A stretch of DNA of 64,000 nt from Candidatus Omnitrophota bacterium (lineage in GTDB: Bacteria > Omnitrophota > Gorgyraeia > JAFGHF01), in assembly GCA_020341815.1 (NCBI GenBank), contig CP070837.1, positions 465,743 to 529,742 on the forward strand. The letters are read 5' to 3'. The stretch's first letter is position 1. Every line of letters begins with the position of its first letter. Positions 47,628 to 57,361 of the stretch are shown here, piece by piece. The position numbers and the translations under genes were made by a program. The notes below the pieces were generated by a model that was not told where the DNA came from, ran no database searches, and saw nothing but the letters and a program-made list of their open reading frames with translations.

Positions 47628-48917
47628 TTATTTTTTCTTGGCCAATTTAAGTAAAAGCGGCAGCAGCTCTGGGCCCTGCAACACTTTTAATGAACCCTCT
47701 CGGCAGGTGTTTTCCGAAAAGGTCTTTACTTCATCGGGTCTTATCTCTGCCCCGGAAATTAAGACCGGCACCGGGTCAGCCGAATGTGCCTTTAATGTGC
47801 ATGGTGTCGAGTGATCTGCGGTAACACAAACTAAAGAATTAGACATATCCAGATGCGGGATTAGATTGGCAAAGAAATACTTATCGATAGCTTCGATAGA
47901 GTCTTTCTTCTCCCTGGCCTTTCCGTCGTGCGCGGGCTCATCCGGGCCTTTTATGTGGATATAGAGGCCGTCAAACTTCTCCAGTGCAGAAAGAACTTTT
48001 TCTGCGCGCAGGGGATAATCCTTCTGGGGGTCTCCCGAAGGAAGAGGAAGCTCGATTATCTGCATCCCCGTTAACAGGGCAATACCGCGCTCAACGGGCA
48101 TCTCTACAAAACAGCCGAAGCTCGCGCCGAACCTCTCCTTCATCTGGGGCAGCTTAGGTAATCTATCTCCGGCGTCGCGGGTCAAAATTAAGTTCGCCTT
48201 TAGCTTGCCCTGGCTTTCTCTTTTTTTATTGATGGGGGACTCCTCTAAAACAAGATGGCTTTTCTCAACAAACTCATTGGTAAGTTTGGCCGCATTAACT
48301 GCTTCGGGTGAGTTTTCCTTTCCCTGAACAGGCCGGCAGGTCTGCAGGACCTTCTCAAACACCTCTTTTGCCACGCCAAAATGGCCCTTTTTGTCGTAGG
48401 CGGGGTCTGTATTGGTAACCTCAGCAGAGAGCCTTCCTTCCAGAGGATGGATAACCACTATTCCTCTGTGCCCGATGGTATTCTTAAATTTAACATCGGC
48501 TCTTAAGCTGGTAAGCTTTACCTTGGCGTTTACCTCTTTAGATAATTCGGTAGCCTCTTCTGTCGTCAGGTTGCGGCCTACCCTGCGGTCAATAATATTT
48601 TTTCCCTCGCCTAAAGTGGCAAAATTGACCCGGTAGGCAAGGTCTCCGTCTTTAACCTCCACCCCTTCGGCGTAAGATTCTAAAGGCCCGCGGCCGGTAT
48701 AATATCTTTCCGCATCATACCCCAATATACTGATTACGGCAATATCCGACTCCGGGGCAATGTCTTTTCCCACCGTGTACATAAGCCCGTTTTGCCCGGC
48801 CCGGGACAACTTATCTAAATAAGGGCTCTCTGCGGCCTCAAGAGGTGTTTTGTTGCCTAAATCCGGATGAGGTAAATCCCCTAGTCCGTCCAAAACAATA
48901 TAAACGATTTTTTTCAT
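47628..48917 (-). CDS. apgM: 2,3-bisphosphoglycerate-independent phosphoglycerate mutase, archaeal-type (ApgM family)
   Basis: Likely start at internal MKKIVYIVLDGLGD (table ORF extends to 49043). Metalloenzyme core motifs (DGKAREKKD, HSTPC). Confidence 0.75.
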   Translation of the reverse strand: MKKIVYIVLDGLGDLPHPDLGNKTPLEAAESPYLDKLSRAGQNGLMYTVGKDIAPESDIAVISILGYDAERYYTGRGPLESYAEGVEVKDGDLAYRVNFATLGEGKNIIDRRVGRNLTTEEATELSKEVNAKVKLTSLRADVKFKNTIGHRGIVVIHPLEGRLSAEVTNTDPAYDKKGHFGVAKEVFEKVLQTCRPVQGKENSPEAVNAAKLTNEFVEKSHLVLEESPINKKRESQGKLKANLILTRDAGDRLPKLPQMKERFGASFGCFVEMPVERGIALLTGMQIIELPLPSGDPQKDYPLRAEKVLSALEKFDGLYIHIKGPDEPAHDGKAREKKDSIEAIDKYFFANLIPHLDMSNSLVCVTADHSTPCTLKAHSADPVPVLISGAEIRPDEVKTFSENTCREGSLKVLQGPELLPLLLKLAKKK

Positions 48918-48927
48918 TATTTGCCTT

Positions 48928-49482
48928 TCATATCTTTGATATAGTGATATCCTGCTGGCCCTGATATTTGCCTTTTTTGTCCCGGTAGGAAACTTTGCAC
49001 ATCTGGTCGGATTCAAAAAATAAGACCTGGGCAATGCCTTCACCGGCGTAAATCTTAAGCGGACGGGGTGTAGTGTTACTGATGGAAATAGTTAAAAAAC
49101 CCTCCCAGCCGGGCTCAAGAGGAGTAACATTGACCAGGAGGCCGCAGCGGGCATAGGTGCTTTTGCCCGTAACTATTCCTAAAACATTGGCGGGCATCTT
49201 GAAATACTCCAGAGACTTGGCCAAAAGAAAAGAATTTGCGCTGATTACAGGGGCGTCTGTTGTTATATTACGGAAGGCACTCTCCTCTATTCTTTTGGGG
49301 TCAATAACCAGTTCTTCCGAGGGAGAAAATATCTTAAACTCCGAGGCCAGGCGAATATCGTAGCCAAAACTGGAAAGGCCAAAGGAGATATTGCCTTCTT
49401 TGACCTGTTTCTCTACGAATGGCACAATCATATCCTTCTCTTTGGCCATCCGCATAATCCATTGGTCGGGTTTAATAGACAT
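48928..49482 (-). CDS. dcd: dCTP deaminase
   Basis: Likely start [15 protein letters not shown] at 49480-49482, 1 nt after the nrdJ stop. dUTPase-like fold motifs (GxxD...[10 protein letters not shown]). Confidence 0.8.
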   Translation of the reverse strand: MSIKPDQWIMRMAKEKDMIVPFVEKQVKEGNISFGLSSFGYDIRLASEFKIFSPSEELVIDPKRIEESAFRNITTDAPVISANSFLLAKSLEYFKMPANVLGIVTGKSTYARCGLLVNVTPLEPGWEGFLTISISNTTPRPLKIYAGEGIAQVLFFESDQMCKVSYRDKKGKYQGQQDITISKI

Positions 49483-49483
49483 A

Positions 49484-51736
49484 TTAACAGCGGGTATATC
49501 CACAGGCCGTGCAGACCACACAGCCTTCTTCGTGGCGCAGGGCGCTGCCGCAATCAGGGCAAACCCCTACGACATTTGCTATTTTAACTTTACCGGAAGA
49601 CTCTTTTGCTTGCTGCACTGAAGGCTCACTCGCCTGCTTTTTTGCCGGCTTTGCCTCAGGCTTTTTGGTGAGGCGAATTTCAATTACGCGGGCAATGGCA
49701 TCGGCGCAGGAAAATATCCTTCCGTCTTTGCTCCAGGAAGGAGACGGGCAGCGAATACCGCGTAACTGGTCAATTATAGACTTCAAATCTATGCCTGCAC
49801 GCAGGGCCAGAGAAACAAGCCTGCCGATGGCTTCCAGCTGCGAGGCCGCACACCCCCCGGCCTTGCCCATCTGCATAAAGACCTCAAAAGGACAACCTTC
49901 TTCATCTTCGTTAATAGTAATATAAAGGTTGCCGCATCCGGTGGTAATCTTGGTGGTGGTGCCGGTAACTACCTGGGGACGCGGGCGGGGCGAAATGGAA
50001 ATCTCAAGCCTGGGTGATTCCTGTCTACCTAAATTAAGCACCTGCTCGCTGCGGCTACGGTCACGGTAAATAGTTACCCCCTTACATCCCAGCTCATAAG
50101 CCATTTTATAGACTTTCTCCACATCCGCCATAGTAGCCTGGTGAGAAAAGTTTACGGTCTTACTGACCGCATTGTTGGTGGACTGCTGGAATGCCGCCTG
50201 CATACGAATATGCCACTCGGGAGAAATATCATGGGAGGTAACAAATACACTTCGTACATCCTGCGGTATCTCAGGGAGGTCCTGTATAGACTTACCCTGG
50301 CTAATCAACTTTATTAATTCCGCACTATAGAAATCTTTTGCTTTGGCAATCTCTTCAAAAATCGGATGCACCTCGGGCAGGCCCTCTCCATCCAAGACCT
50401 TACGCAAATAGGCAACGGCAAAAAGCGGCTCTATGCCGCTGGAGCAGTTAGCGATGATGCTTAAGGTGCCGGTAGGGGCAATGGTGGTTAATGTGGCATT
50501 TCTTAGGCGTGAGCCCTTTTTGGCGTAGATACTTTTCTCAAAATTGGGGAAAGTGCCTCTTTCTTTGGCCAGGGCGCAGGAGGCATCATGCGCCTTCTCC
50601 AGAATGAAGCCCATCACCTTACCCGCAAGCGCAATCGCTTCCTCTGAATTATAGGGAATGTCCAGCCTGACCAACATATCGGCAAAGCCCATTACGCCTA
50701 ATCCAATCTTGCGGTTGCCTTTGGTTATCTCCTCTATTTTCGGCAGAGGATATTTATTCATATCGATGACATTGTCTAAAAAGCGCACAGCCAGTTTAGT
50801 GGTCTCGGCCAGCTTTTCCCAGTCAACCTTTTTTGCGCTAACCATCTTGGAAAGATTGATACTACCCAGGTTACAGCTTTCATAAGGCAAAAGTACTTGC
50901 TCTCCACAAGGATTAGTTGACTCATATTCTCCCAGCGCTGGAGTGGGATTATATTTATTCATCCGATCGATAAATATTATTCCGGGCTCGCCGTTTTTCC
51001 AAGCCATCTCTACAATCTTTTTAAAGACCTCTTTTGCCTTTAATTTTCCGACGGTCTTTTTGCTGTGCGGGTCAATCAAGTCGTATTCCTGATTATTTTT
51101 CACCCGCTGCATAAAGTCTTCCGTTACTGCTACCGAGATATTAAAATTGGTAATATCCTTATCGCTTTCCTTGCAGGAAATAAACTCCATTATATCGGGA
51201 TGGTCTATGCGCAAAATCCCCATATTGGCTCCCCGACGGGTTCCCCCCTGTTTTACCGCCTGGGTGGCCGCATCAAAAACTTTTAAGAATGAGACCGGGC
51301 CGCTGGCCACGCCCCCCGTAGAGCGCACACGGCTGTTTTTGGGACGCAGCCGTGAAAAAGAAAAACCTGTTCCGCCGCCTGATTTATGAATCATCGCCGT
51401 GTTCTTGATGGCCTCAAAGATTGATTCCATAGAATCCTCGACGGAAAGTACAAAACACGCCGACAATTGCTGCAGCTCACGTCCGGCATTCATTAAGGTG
51501 GGGCTGTTAGGCAGGAACTCTAAATCAGCCATAAGGGCATAAAACTTCTCTGCTACCTTCTTCTCATCCTCCACTGAGGTTCCGTAGAACTTCTCCGCAG
51601 AAGCGATATTTTCGGCTACCCGCCGAAACATCTCCTCGGCAGTCTCGACTACCTTGCCGCTTGAGTCCTTCTTCAGATACCGCTTCTCCAGGACCTTTCT
51701 GGCATTTTCCGAAAGTTTAGGTGCCATTTTTCCCAT
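49484..51736 (-). CDS. nrdJ: adenosylcobalamin-dependent ribonucleoside-diphosphate reductase (class II, NrdJ)
   Basis: 750 aa; ten-stranded barrel motifs ([23 protein letters not shown]), C-terminal Cys-rich zinc ribbon CPDCGS...CVVCTACG. Confidence 0.85.
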   Translation of the reverse strand: MGKMAPKLSENARKVLEKRYLKKDSSGKVVETAEEMFRRVAENIASAEKFYGTSVEDEKKVAEKFYALMADLEFLPNSPTLMNAGRELQQLSACFVLSVEDSMESIFEAIKNTAMIHKSGGGTGFSFSRLRPKNSRVRSTGGVASGPVSFLKVFDAATQAVKQGGTRRGANMGILRIDHPDIMEFISCKESDKDITNFNISVAVTEDFMQRVKNNQEYDLIDPHSKKTVGKLKAKEVFKKIVEMAWKNGEPGIIFIDRMNKYNPTPALGEYESTNPCGEQVLLPYESCNLGSINLSKMVSAKKVDWEKLAETTKLAVRFLDNVIDMNKYPLPKIEEITKGNRKIGLGVMGFADMLVRLDIPYNSEEAIALAGKVMGFILEKAHDASCALAKERGTFPNFEKSIYAKKGSRLRNATLTTIAPTGTLSIIANCSSGIEPLFAVAYLRKVLDGEGLPEVHPIFEEIAKAKDFYSAELIKLISQGKSIQDLPEIPQDVRSVFVTSHDISPEWHIRMQAAFQQSTNNAVSKTVNFSHQATMADVEKVYKMAYELGCKGVTIYRDRSRSEQVLNLGRQESPRLEISISPRPRPQVVTGTTTKITTGCGNLYITINEDEEGCPFEVFMQMGKAGGCAASQLEAIGRLVSLALRAGIDLKSIIDQLRGIRCPSPSWSKDGRIFSCADAIARVIEIRLTKKPEAKPAKKQASEPSVQQAKESSGKVKIANVVGVCPDCGSALRHEEGCVVCTACGYTRC

Positions 51737-51758
51737 TATTCCTCCCTCCTATTAGCAA

Positions 51759-51787
51759 AGTATAGCACAGCAAAATTGGGCTGTCAA
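51759..51787 (-). promoter_or_regulatory. sigma70-like promoter of nrdJ (TTGACA-N17-TATACT)
   Basis: On the minus strand: TTGACA (plus 51782-51787), 17 nt, TATACT (plus 51759-51764). About 20 nt upstream of the GGAGGGAGG SD and ATG at 51736. Confidence 0.5.
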
Positions 51788-51969
51788 GAGGAAAATCCAA
51801 GAAATCTACAATATATTGGGCTCAGATTGCCTCAAAAACCCCAATAAATTGTGCTACCAGGTTAAAAATACTACATAACTCCTTTATTTACATATAGATA
51901 AGTAATAAAACAGGCCTTTTCTTGCAAATTTAGGGCTGAAACTCCTACCTAAGGCCCTTTTCCCTAACC

Positions 51970-51998
51970 TTGCCAAAGCGGACAAAATATGCTATACT
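51970..51998 (+). promoter_or_regulatory. sigma70-like promoter of rpoN (TTGCCA-N17-TATACT)
   Basis: TTGCCA at 51970-51975, 17-nt spacer, TATACT at 51993-51998. SD GGAGA before the ATG at 52028. Confidence 0.5.
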
Positions 51999-52027
51999 TA
52001 GGCGAGATCATAAGTTACGGAGATAAT

Positions 52028-53383
52028 ATGGCCTTAAAACAAAGGTTGAATCTAAGGCTCACCCAGCGGCTCATTCTCACTCCTAAGATGCGCCAGGCCC
52101 TGCATATTCTCCAGCTGCCGCTTTTGGAATTAAAAAGATTCCTGCGCCAGGAGATGCTTGAAAATCCCTTCCTGGAGGAAGAAGAAATCATCGATAATCT
52201 CCTCGATAACAAACAACTCGCGCCGGACTATTCCGAGAGTGATAACTACAATACCAGCTACGGCCAGGATATCCAGAAGAAAAAAGATTATCAAGAAACC
52301 CTGGCAACATATGCCCCTTCTCTGCAGGAGCACCTCCTGCGCCAGTTAGGCTTATCAAGCCCCAACCCCATCCTTTACAAAACGGCTGAATTTATTATCG
52401 GCAATATAGACGAAAACGGCTACAGGCACTGCTCCCAGCAAGAAATACAGCAAATCTTAGGTGTCGGAAAAAGCGATATTTATAAGGCCTTAAATCTAAT
52501 TTACACGTTTGACCCGCCGGGGGCAGGGGCCGAAGACTTAAAAGAATGTCTGTTTATCCAGCTAAAACAGAAAAACCAAGAAAACTCCCTGGCGGCCAAA
52601 ATAGTCTGCAATTATTTAACGGATTTGGAAAAGAAAAAATACAGTCATCTCGCCGGCATCTTCAAGGTCCCTCTGGAGCAAATAGAGGAAGCCGTCAGGG
52701 ATATTGCAGCTCTTGAGCCTAAACCCGGAAGAACCTTTGCAAACTCTCCTAACCCTTATATTAAACCGGATATAATCCTTATAAAACAAAAAGAAAGATA
52801 CGAAATTATCATCAATGATGAAGAATTGCCCATCTTACAAATCAGCTCTCAATACAGTAGACTCCTGCAGGATGAAAAAGTCGCAATAAGTACAAAGATA
52901 TATCTTAAAAAACAGTTCCATTCGGCCCTCTGGCTAATCAAGACTGTAGGCCAGAGACAATCAACGCTTATGGAATTAGCCCGCTTTCTCGTAGAGGCGC
53001 AAAGAGATTTTCTGGACAAAGGAAAAAGGTATCTCGCCCCTTTAAGCCTGGAAAAGATAGCCAAATCAATAAAAAGGGATAAATCCACCGTAAGCAGGCT
53101 GCTTGCCAATAAATACATTCAAACACCATTTGGAATATTTCCGCTTCGGGAATTCTTAAGCCACGGAATAAAAACAAAGAAAGGCAAGCTCATCTCCACC
53201 AAAAATATAAAGGCACAAATCGAGGATTTGATTAAAGGGGAAAATCCCGAACAACCCTTGACGGATGAAAAGATTGCGCAAACTTTAAAAGAAAGAAGTA
53301 TTCCTATTGCCAGACGAACCTGCGCCAAATACCGCGAGCAGCTAAAAATCCTTCCTGCTACCCTGCGCAAAAATCCTCATTAA
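52028..53383 (+). CDS. rpoN: RNA polymerase sigma-54 factor
   Basis: Start taken at MALKQRLNLRLTQRLILTPKMRQAL (table ORF starts at 51989). Regions I-III with HTH and RpoN box ARRTCAKYREQ. Confidence 0.9.
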   Translation: MALKQRLNLRLTQRLILTPKMRQALHILQLPLLELKRFLRQEMLENPFLEEEEIIDNLLDNKQLAPDYSESDNYNTSYGQDIQKKKDYQETLATYAPSLQEHLLRQLGLSSPNPILYKTAEFIIGNIDENGYRHCSQQEIQQILGVGKSDIYKALNLIYTFDPPGAGAEDLKECLFIQLKQKNQENSLAAKIVCNYLTDLEKKKYSHLAGIFKVPLEQIEEAVRDIAALEPKPGRTFANSPNPYIKPDIILIKQKERYEIIINDEELPILQISSQYSRLLQDEKVAISTKIYLKKQFHSALWLIKTVGQRQSTLMELARFLVEAQRDFLDKGKRYLAPLSLEKIAKSIKRDKSTVSRLLANKYIQTPFGIFPLREFLSHGIKTKKGKLISTKNIKAQIEDLIKGENPEQPLTDEKIAQTLKERSIPIARRTCAKYREQLKILPATLRKNPH

Positions 53384-53952
53384 TTCAATATAGCCATTAC
53401 CAGCGCAGAACACAAAGAAATGCTTAAGTTATCGTCAACGGGAATGGGCAGAAGTTCCACCAAAGTAGCCGCAAACGCTCCCAATAAAGAAACCCTTAAA
53501 CTCAAACCCAAATAAGTATATTTTAAAATTACGGCAACTAAGCCTGAAGCAATAAAAAAAGCAACGCTTCCCTCAAAGCTTTTCTTGCCAATCTTAATCT
53601 TACCCCATCTTATCCCTGCCAGGGCGCTTGCCGCATCGCCGAATATCAAAAACAAAAGCGCCGCTATGGCAATGGATTTTTCAAAGAAAATAACCGTCAG
53701 CAAAGAACCGAAAAGAAAATATGTGCTGCCTAAAACCTTGTGATGCGCCTCTTCTTCTTTAAGGATGGCTCCTAAGGCATTAAATATCCGGCGGTTAAAC
53801 TGGGGAAAGAGGAATCTGAATATCTCCAGAATCAAGAATAAAAAAGTCACCAAAGAAAGCCAGAATAGGGTTGTCCCTTTATCAGTAAAGAAGTAAACTA
53901 ATGGGAAAACTAATCCCGCAAGCCGATAAAGCTTTCTGAAGATTAAAATCAT
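53380..53952 (-). CDS. polytopic membrane protein of the CTP-dependent polyprenol (dolichol/phytol) kinase / CTP-transferase-1 superfamily (putative)
   Basis: 190 aa; 5-6 TM helices. C-terminal FGDAASALAGIRWGKIKI..KKSFEGSVA resembles the dolichol-kinase/phytol-kinase signature. 4-nt overlap (ATGA) with the upstream radical SAM gene. Confidence 0.4.
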   Translation of the reverse strand: MILIFRKLYRLAGLVFPLVYFFTDKGTTLFWLSLVTFLFLILEIFRFLFPQFNRRIFNALGAILKEEEAHHKVLGSTYFLFGSLLTVIFFEKSIAIAALLFLIFGDAASALAGIRWGKIKIGKKSFEGSVAFFIASGLVAVILKYTYLGLSLRVSLLGAFAATLVELLPIPVDDNLSISLCSALVMAILN

Positions 53953-55331
53953 TTTTCGTGAAACTTCGTATAATCGTTCTTCCAGATGGGGTCGTAGATT
54001 TCATGCAGTTTTTTGCTGTATTCATCCAAGGCGCGGGCCACATAGCCCTCCAGGATATCCCCTGCCCCATCGGTGGGGCGGGCCCCATGCTCTTTAACAA
54101 GCTCACGCAAAACCCAAGGCTGGTCAATTACGCAGCAGGGGGTGAGCATATTATCGCTGTGAGCTGCGGGGGCCTCTTGAGCATTCTGCCTTTCTCTGAT
54201 AGCCTTAAAAAAGGGCGATTCCATAATTTCTTTCAGGGTCTTATTACGGATATTATCCACGGTAAAATGCATAAAGGCACAGGGCTCTACATCGCCTCTA
54301 TTATTAATGTGCAGGTATTGCCTGGCGGCAATGCAGCCTTTAACATAAGGCCCGTCGTTCCAGAAATCACCGATAAAAAGAGGTCGCCTCCGCCTTACCC
54401 TGATTATGCTTTCACGCAATTTATTGCGCTGCTGGGGTGTAGCCATCAAAGATATATCGGGATTTTTACCTAAGGGGATATACTGGAAATACCAGCCGAA
54501 ATAACATCCCTTATTAATCATAAAGTCGAAAAATTCATCACTCGTTACCACATCCGCATTGTGGCGGTGCAGAGTTGCGGAAAATCCAAAGAAAACGCCC
54601 GCCTCCTTTAAATTATCCATGGCCTGCATCACTTTGCCCCAGACACCCTTTCCCCGCCTCTGGTCGGTCTCCTGCTCAAAGCCCTCTACGCTGATTGCCG
54701 GGGCAACATTTCCCAACTTTGCCAGTCTTGCCGCCATCTTCTTATCGATTAAAGTGCCGTTGGTATAGACCTGGAAGAAAACGTCATTATGCCGGGCATA
54801 AAAATCCAACAAATCCTCACGTACAAATGTCTCCCCGCCCTCGGTAACCACAAAATATACGCCCATATCTTTTTTGGCCTCTGTCAAAACTCTGTCCATA
54901 ATCTCTAAAGGCAAATCCGTATCTTTGGTGTATTCGCGGGTGGAGCAACCCGTGCACTTAAGATTGCAGCGCATCGTGGGGCTGAACAGGATAAACCAGG
55001 GCGGTTCATAGCCATGCTTTTTAGTGTATTCGGTATGCTTATTAAGTCCGGTTATCCCTGAATTAATGATGAAATTGCGCACGAATTTATCCCGGCAATT
55101 GGGAGAAAGCCCCCTGACTATCCTGCGGGCAAATTCCACTGCCGGATGATCTTCCTGGAAATATCCCCTAACTGCTCTAAGCTGGGCCTTGGTCCAGTCG
55201 GCCTCTGCAAGCTTCTCAGCCACATAGGTCATCTTAACCAGATTTTTATTGGAAAGCTTAGGAAGTAAATTAAACAGGCCTTTGATTGTCTGAGTGCGGG
55301 TATAATTTTTAATCCTTGTTTTCAGGTCCAT
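53949..55331 (-). CDS. radical SAM enzyme with C-terminal twitch/SPASM-like Cys cluster and an about 110-aa N-terminal extension
   Basis: 460 aa; CNLKCTGC (Cx3Cx2C), GGE motif (VTEGGETFV). C-terminal Cys at GCIAA, EPCAF, TPCCV. Family not assignable by eye. Confidence 0.8.
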   Translation of the reverse strand: MDLKTRIKNYTRTQTIKGLFNLLPKLSNKNLVKMTYVAEKLAEADWTKAQLRAVRGYFQEDHPAVEFARRIVRGLSPNCRDKFVRNFIINSGITGLNKHTEYTKKHGYEPPWFILFSPTMRCNLKCTGCSTREYTKDTDLPLEIMDRVLTEAKKDMGVYFVVTEGGETFVREDLLDFYARHNDVFFQVYTNGTLIDKKMAARLAKLGNVAPAISVEGFEQETDQRRGKGVWGKVMQAMDNLKEAGVFFGFSATLHRHNADVVTSDEFFDFMINKGCYFGWYFQYIPLGKNPDISLMATPQQRNKLRESIIRVRRRRPLFIGDFWNDGPYVKGCIAARQYLHINNRGDVEPCAFMHFTVDNIRNKTLKEIMESPFFKAIRERQNAQEAPAAHSDNMLTPCCVIDQPWVLRELVKEHGARPTDGAGDILEGYVARALDEYSKKLHEIYDPIWKNDYTKFHEK

Positions 55332-55342
55332 TTGCCTCCGTC

Positions 55343-56254
55343 CTATTTTATAAAAAATAATTTCTTTACAATATGGGCTCTTTTCTTTTTGGCAATAGCA
55401 GCCTTAAGCCGGCCTAAGGCTGCGCGCGCAGCCTTCTCTCCTTCCCGAATACACTCCTCACCTTTAGAAAAAGCCGCCCAGCTGATATGCTGAACTTTCG
55501 GCTGAATAACAAAATCCGCCAGATTGAGCTTAAGGCGAACCAACTCATGCGAGCGGATTTCGTCCGATTGAAAAAGGATATCCATTCCATGCTTAAACTT
55601 TTCATGGAAAATTCTAGACTCAACATTAATACCGATAATGAAATCCGCCCCCATTCTGCCTGTGGCCTCGACAGGCACTTCGCTGGTTATGCCTCCATCG
55701 ATTAAAAGCCTGCCTCCTATTTCTACCGGAGGAAATACAGCCGGCACAGAGCTGGAGGCCATAATAGCCTCTGACATCCTGCCTTCATTTAAGAGAACCT
55801 CCTCGCCGCTTTTTAGATTACAGGCAACGCAGGCAAAAGGAATCTTTGCATGGCTAAACTCGGCATCCTCCACCGTTTCCTTAACTAATTGCTTAATCTC
55901 TGTGCCGTTGGCTATCCAGCATTTAATTCCTTTAAGGTTCCAGAGCAAAAGCTCCTTGACAAAAGTTGCCAGGCTCTGAATTATCCTTACCTTCTCTTCC
56001 GGCGCGGAATCTGCGGCCAAGGATTCGAGTTTGATAATTGCTTCTCTCTTAAGAAGTGTGAGCATCTTCTGCTCCACACTCAAAGCTCTTCCTGAAAGAG
56101 CATAGGCTCCGCCAATCACCGCACCCATACTTGTGCCCACAATAAGGTCAACCGGTATCTTTGCCTCTTCAAATACTTTAAGAAGGCCTATATGGGCCAG
56201 GCCACGCACACCCCCTCCGCCTAAAGCCAAACCTATCTTAAATCTTTCACTCAT
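55343..56254 (-). CDS. patatin-like phospholipase
   Basis: 303 aa; GGGVRGLAHIG oxyanion motif, GTSMG (GxSxG) nucleophile, DGG Asp dyad motif. Confidence 0.8.
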   Translation of the reverse strand: MSERFKIGLALGGGGVRGLAHIGLLKVFEEAKIPVDLIVGTSMGAVIGGAYALSGRALSVEQKMLTLLKREAIIKLESLAADSAPEEKVRIIQSLATFVKELLLWNLKGIKCWIANGTEIKQLVKETVEDAEFSHAKIPFACVACNLKSGEEVLLNEGRMSEAIMASSSVPAVFPPVEIGGRLLIDGGITSEVPVEATGRMGADFIIGINVESRIFHEKFKHGMDILFQSDEIRSHELVRLKLNLADFVIQPKVQHISWAAFSKGEECIREGEKAARAALGRLKAAIAKKKRAHIVKKLFFIK

Positions 56255-56260
56255 AGTTTA

Positions 56261-56626
56261 TTACTTTACGTTAATACTGGTCGCCACCAGAAATACCCCT
56301 AAGAAGATAAAGCCAAGGCCGCCCATCTTCATTAAAGAGATGCTTTCCTTAAAAATAAATAATGACAGCAAAGGAACGATTACATAAGTCAGGCTCCAGA
56401 TTGGATAGGCATAACTTAATTCGGCCTTGGAAAGTGCCATAACATAGGCCGTCCAGCCCAAAATAGCAAAAGTTACACCTAACATTACTAAAGGATTGCT
56501 TAACATCTGGAAAAATTTTAATCCCATCTTTTCAATTGGCCCCACAATAAGTAATCCCTTTTTCAGAATTATCTGTCCGATACTGGTAAGAGAAACGCTG
56601 ATTAGAAGTATCACCAACGGCTTCAT
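56261..56626 (-). CDS. 4-TM EamA/SMR-like small membrane protein (DMT superfamily half-transporter)
   Basis: 121 aa, four hydrophobic helices. 4-nt overlap with the upstream CDP-alcohol transferase gene. Confidence 0.5.
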   Translation of the reverse strand: MKPLVILLISVSLTSIGQIILKKGLLIVGPIEKMGLKFFQMLSNPLVMLGVTFAILGWTAYVMALSKAELSYAYPIWSLTYVIVPLLSLFIFKESISLMKMGGLGFIFLGVFLVATSINVK

Positions 56627-57303
56627 TTGACCTCCTTCATAAGATTTGCCTTAATGGGCATTAAAACTACATAGGCCAAAGATAAAACAAAGGCCACTAA
56701 TTCAGGAATGATAAACAACATAGCCAGTATTATAACAAAACTGAGTAAATATTTCCACTGAAACAAAGACACATTCTTAAAAGTGGGATATTTAATGCCT
56801 GAGACCATCATCATTGCCAGTATGGCCACTATTACCGAAACAATTCGTGGTTCGATATGTAAATTATATTTATAGTAAATAAGGACAATAGATGCCACCA
56901 GTGCTCCAAAACCGGGAGTGGGCAGGCCGTTAAAGAAAAGCAGGGACTTCTCTTCGCTTTCGGTATTAAATCTGGCCAGGCGAAAGGCGCCGCAGAAAAC
57001 CGCTATCAGGCAAACCAGAAGGCGCCAGAGAAAAAACTTCGGGCAATTCAAAGTAAAGACTAAAACCGAAGGTGCCACCACAAAGGAAATCAAATCCGCC
57101 AGCGAGTCAAACTGCTTGCCGAACTCCGAGACCTCTTTGCTCATGCGGGCAACTTTTCCATCGGCAATATCGAAGATGATAGAGAAAAAGATAATCCAGG
57201 CCGCGGGGATGTAACTGCCTCTTACCGATAAAAATATGGACATTGCCCCAAACAGAAGATTAGCCGCGGTAATTACATTGGCCATATATCTTGCACTTTC
57301 CAC
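56623..57303 (-). CDS. CDP-alcohol phosphatidyltransferase (PssA-like, type II)
   Basis: 226 aa; complete D-x2-DG-x2-AR-x8-G-x3-D-x3-D motif (DIADGKVARMSKEVSEFGKQFDSLAD). PssA-like N-terminus NVITAANLLFG. SD AAGGAGG. Confidence 0.8.
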   Translation of the reverse strand: MESARYMANVITAANLLFGAMSIFLSVRGSYIPAAWIIFFSIIFDIADGKVARMSKEVSEFGKQFDSLADLISFVVAPSVLVFTLNCPKFFLWRLLVCLIAVFCGAFRLARFNTESEEKSLLFFNGLPTPGFGALVASIVLIYYKYNLHIEPRIVSVIVAILAMMMVSGIKYPTFKNVSLFQWKYLLSFVIILAMLFIIPELVAFVLSLAYVVLMPIKANLMKEVK

Positions 57304-57361
57304 TTTTTACCTCCTTATCTAAAGCTCCAAACAACTATGATAAGGCCTTTTTGCAAAAAAA

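Noticed and set aside
53949-55331. The radical SAM gene as the missing partner of the Memo-AMMECR1 protein
   Set aside because: AmmeMemoRadiSam radical SAM enzymes are about 330-aa PflA-like proteins without SPASM/twitch extensions. This one is 460 aa with an N-terminal extension and sits in a lipid-gene operon 44 kb away.
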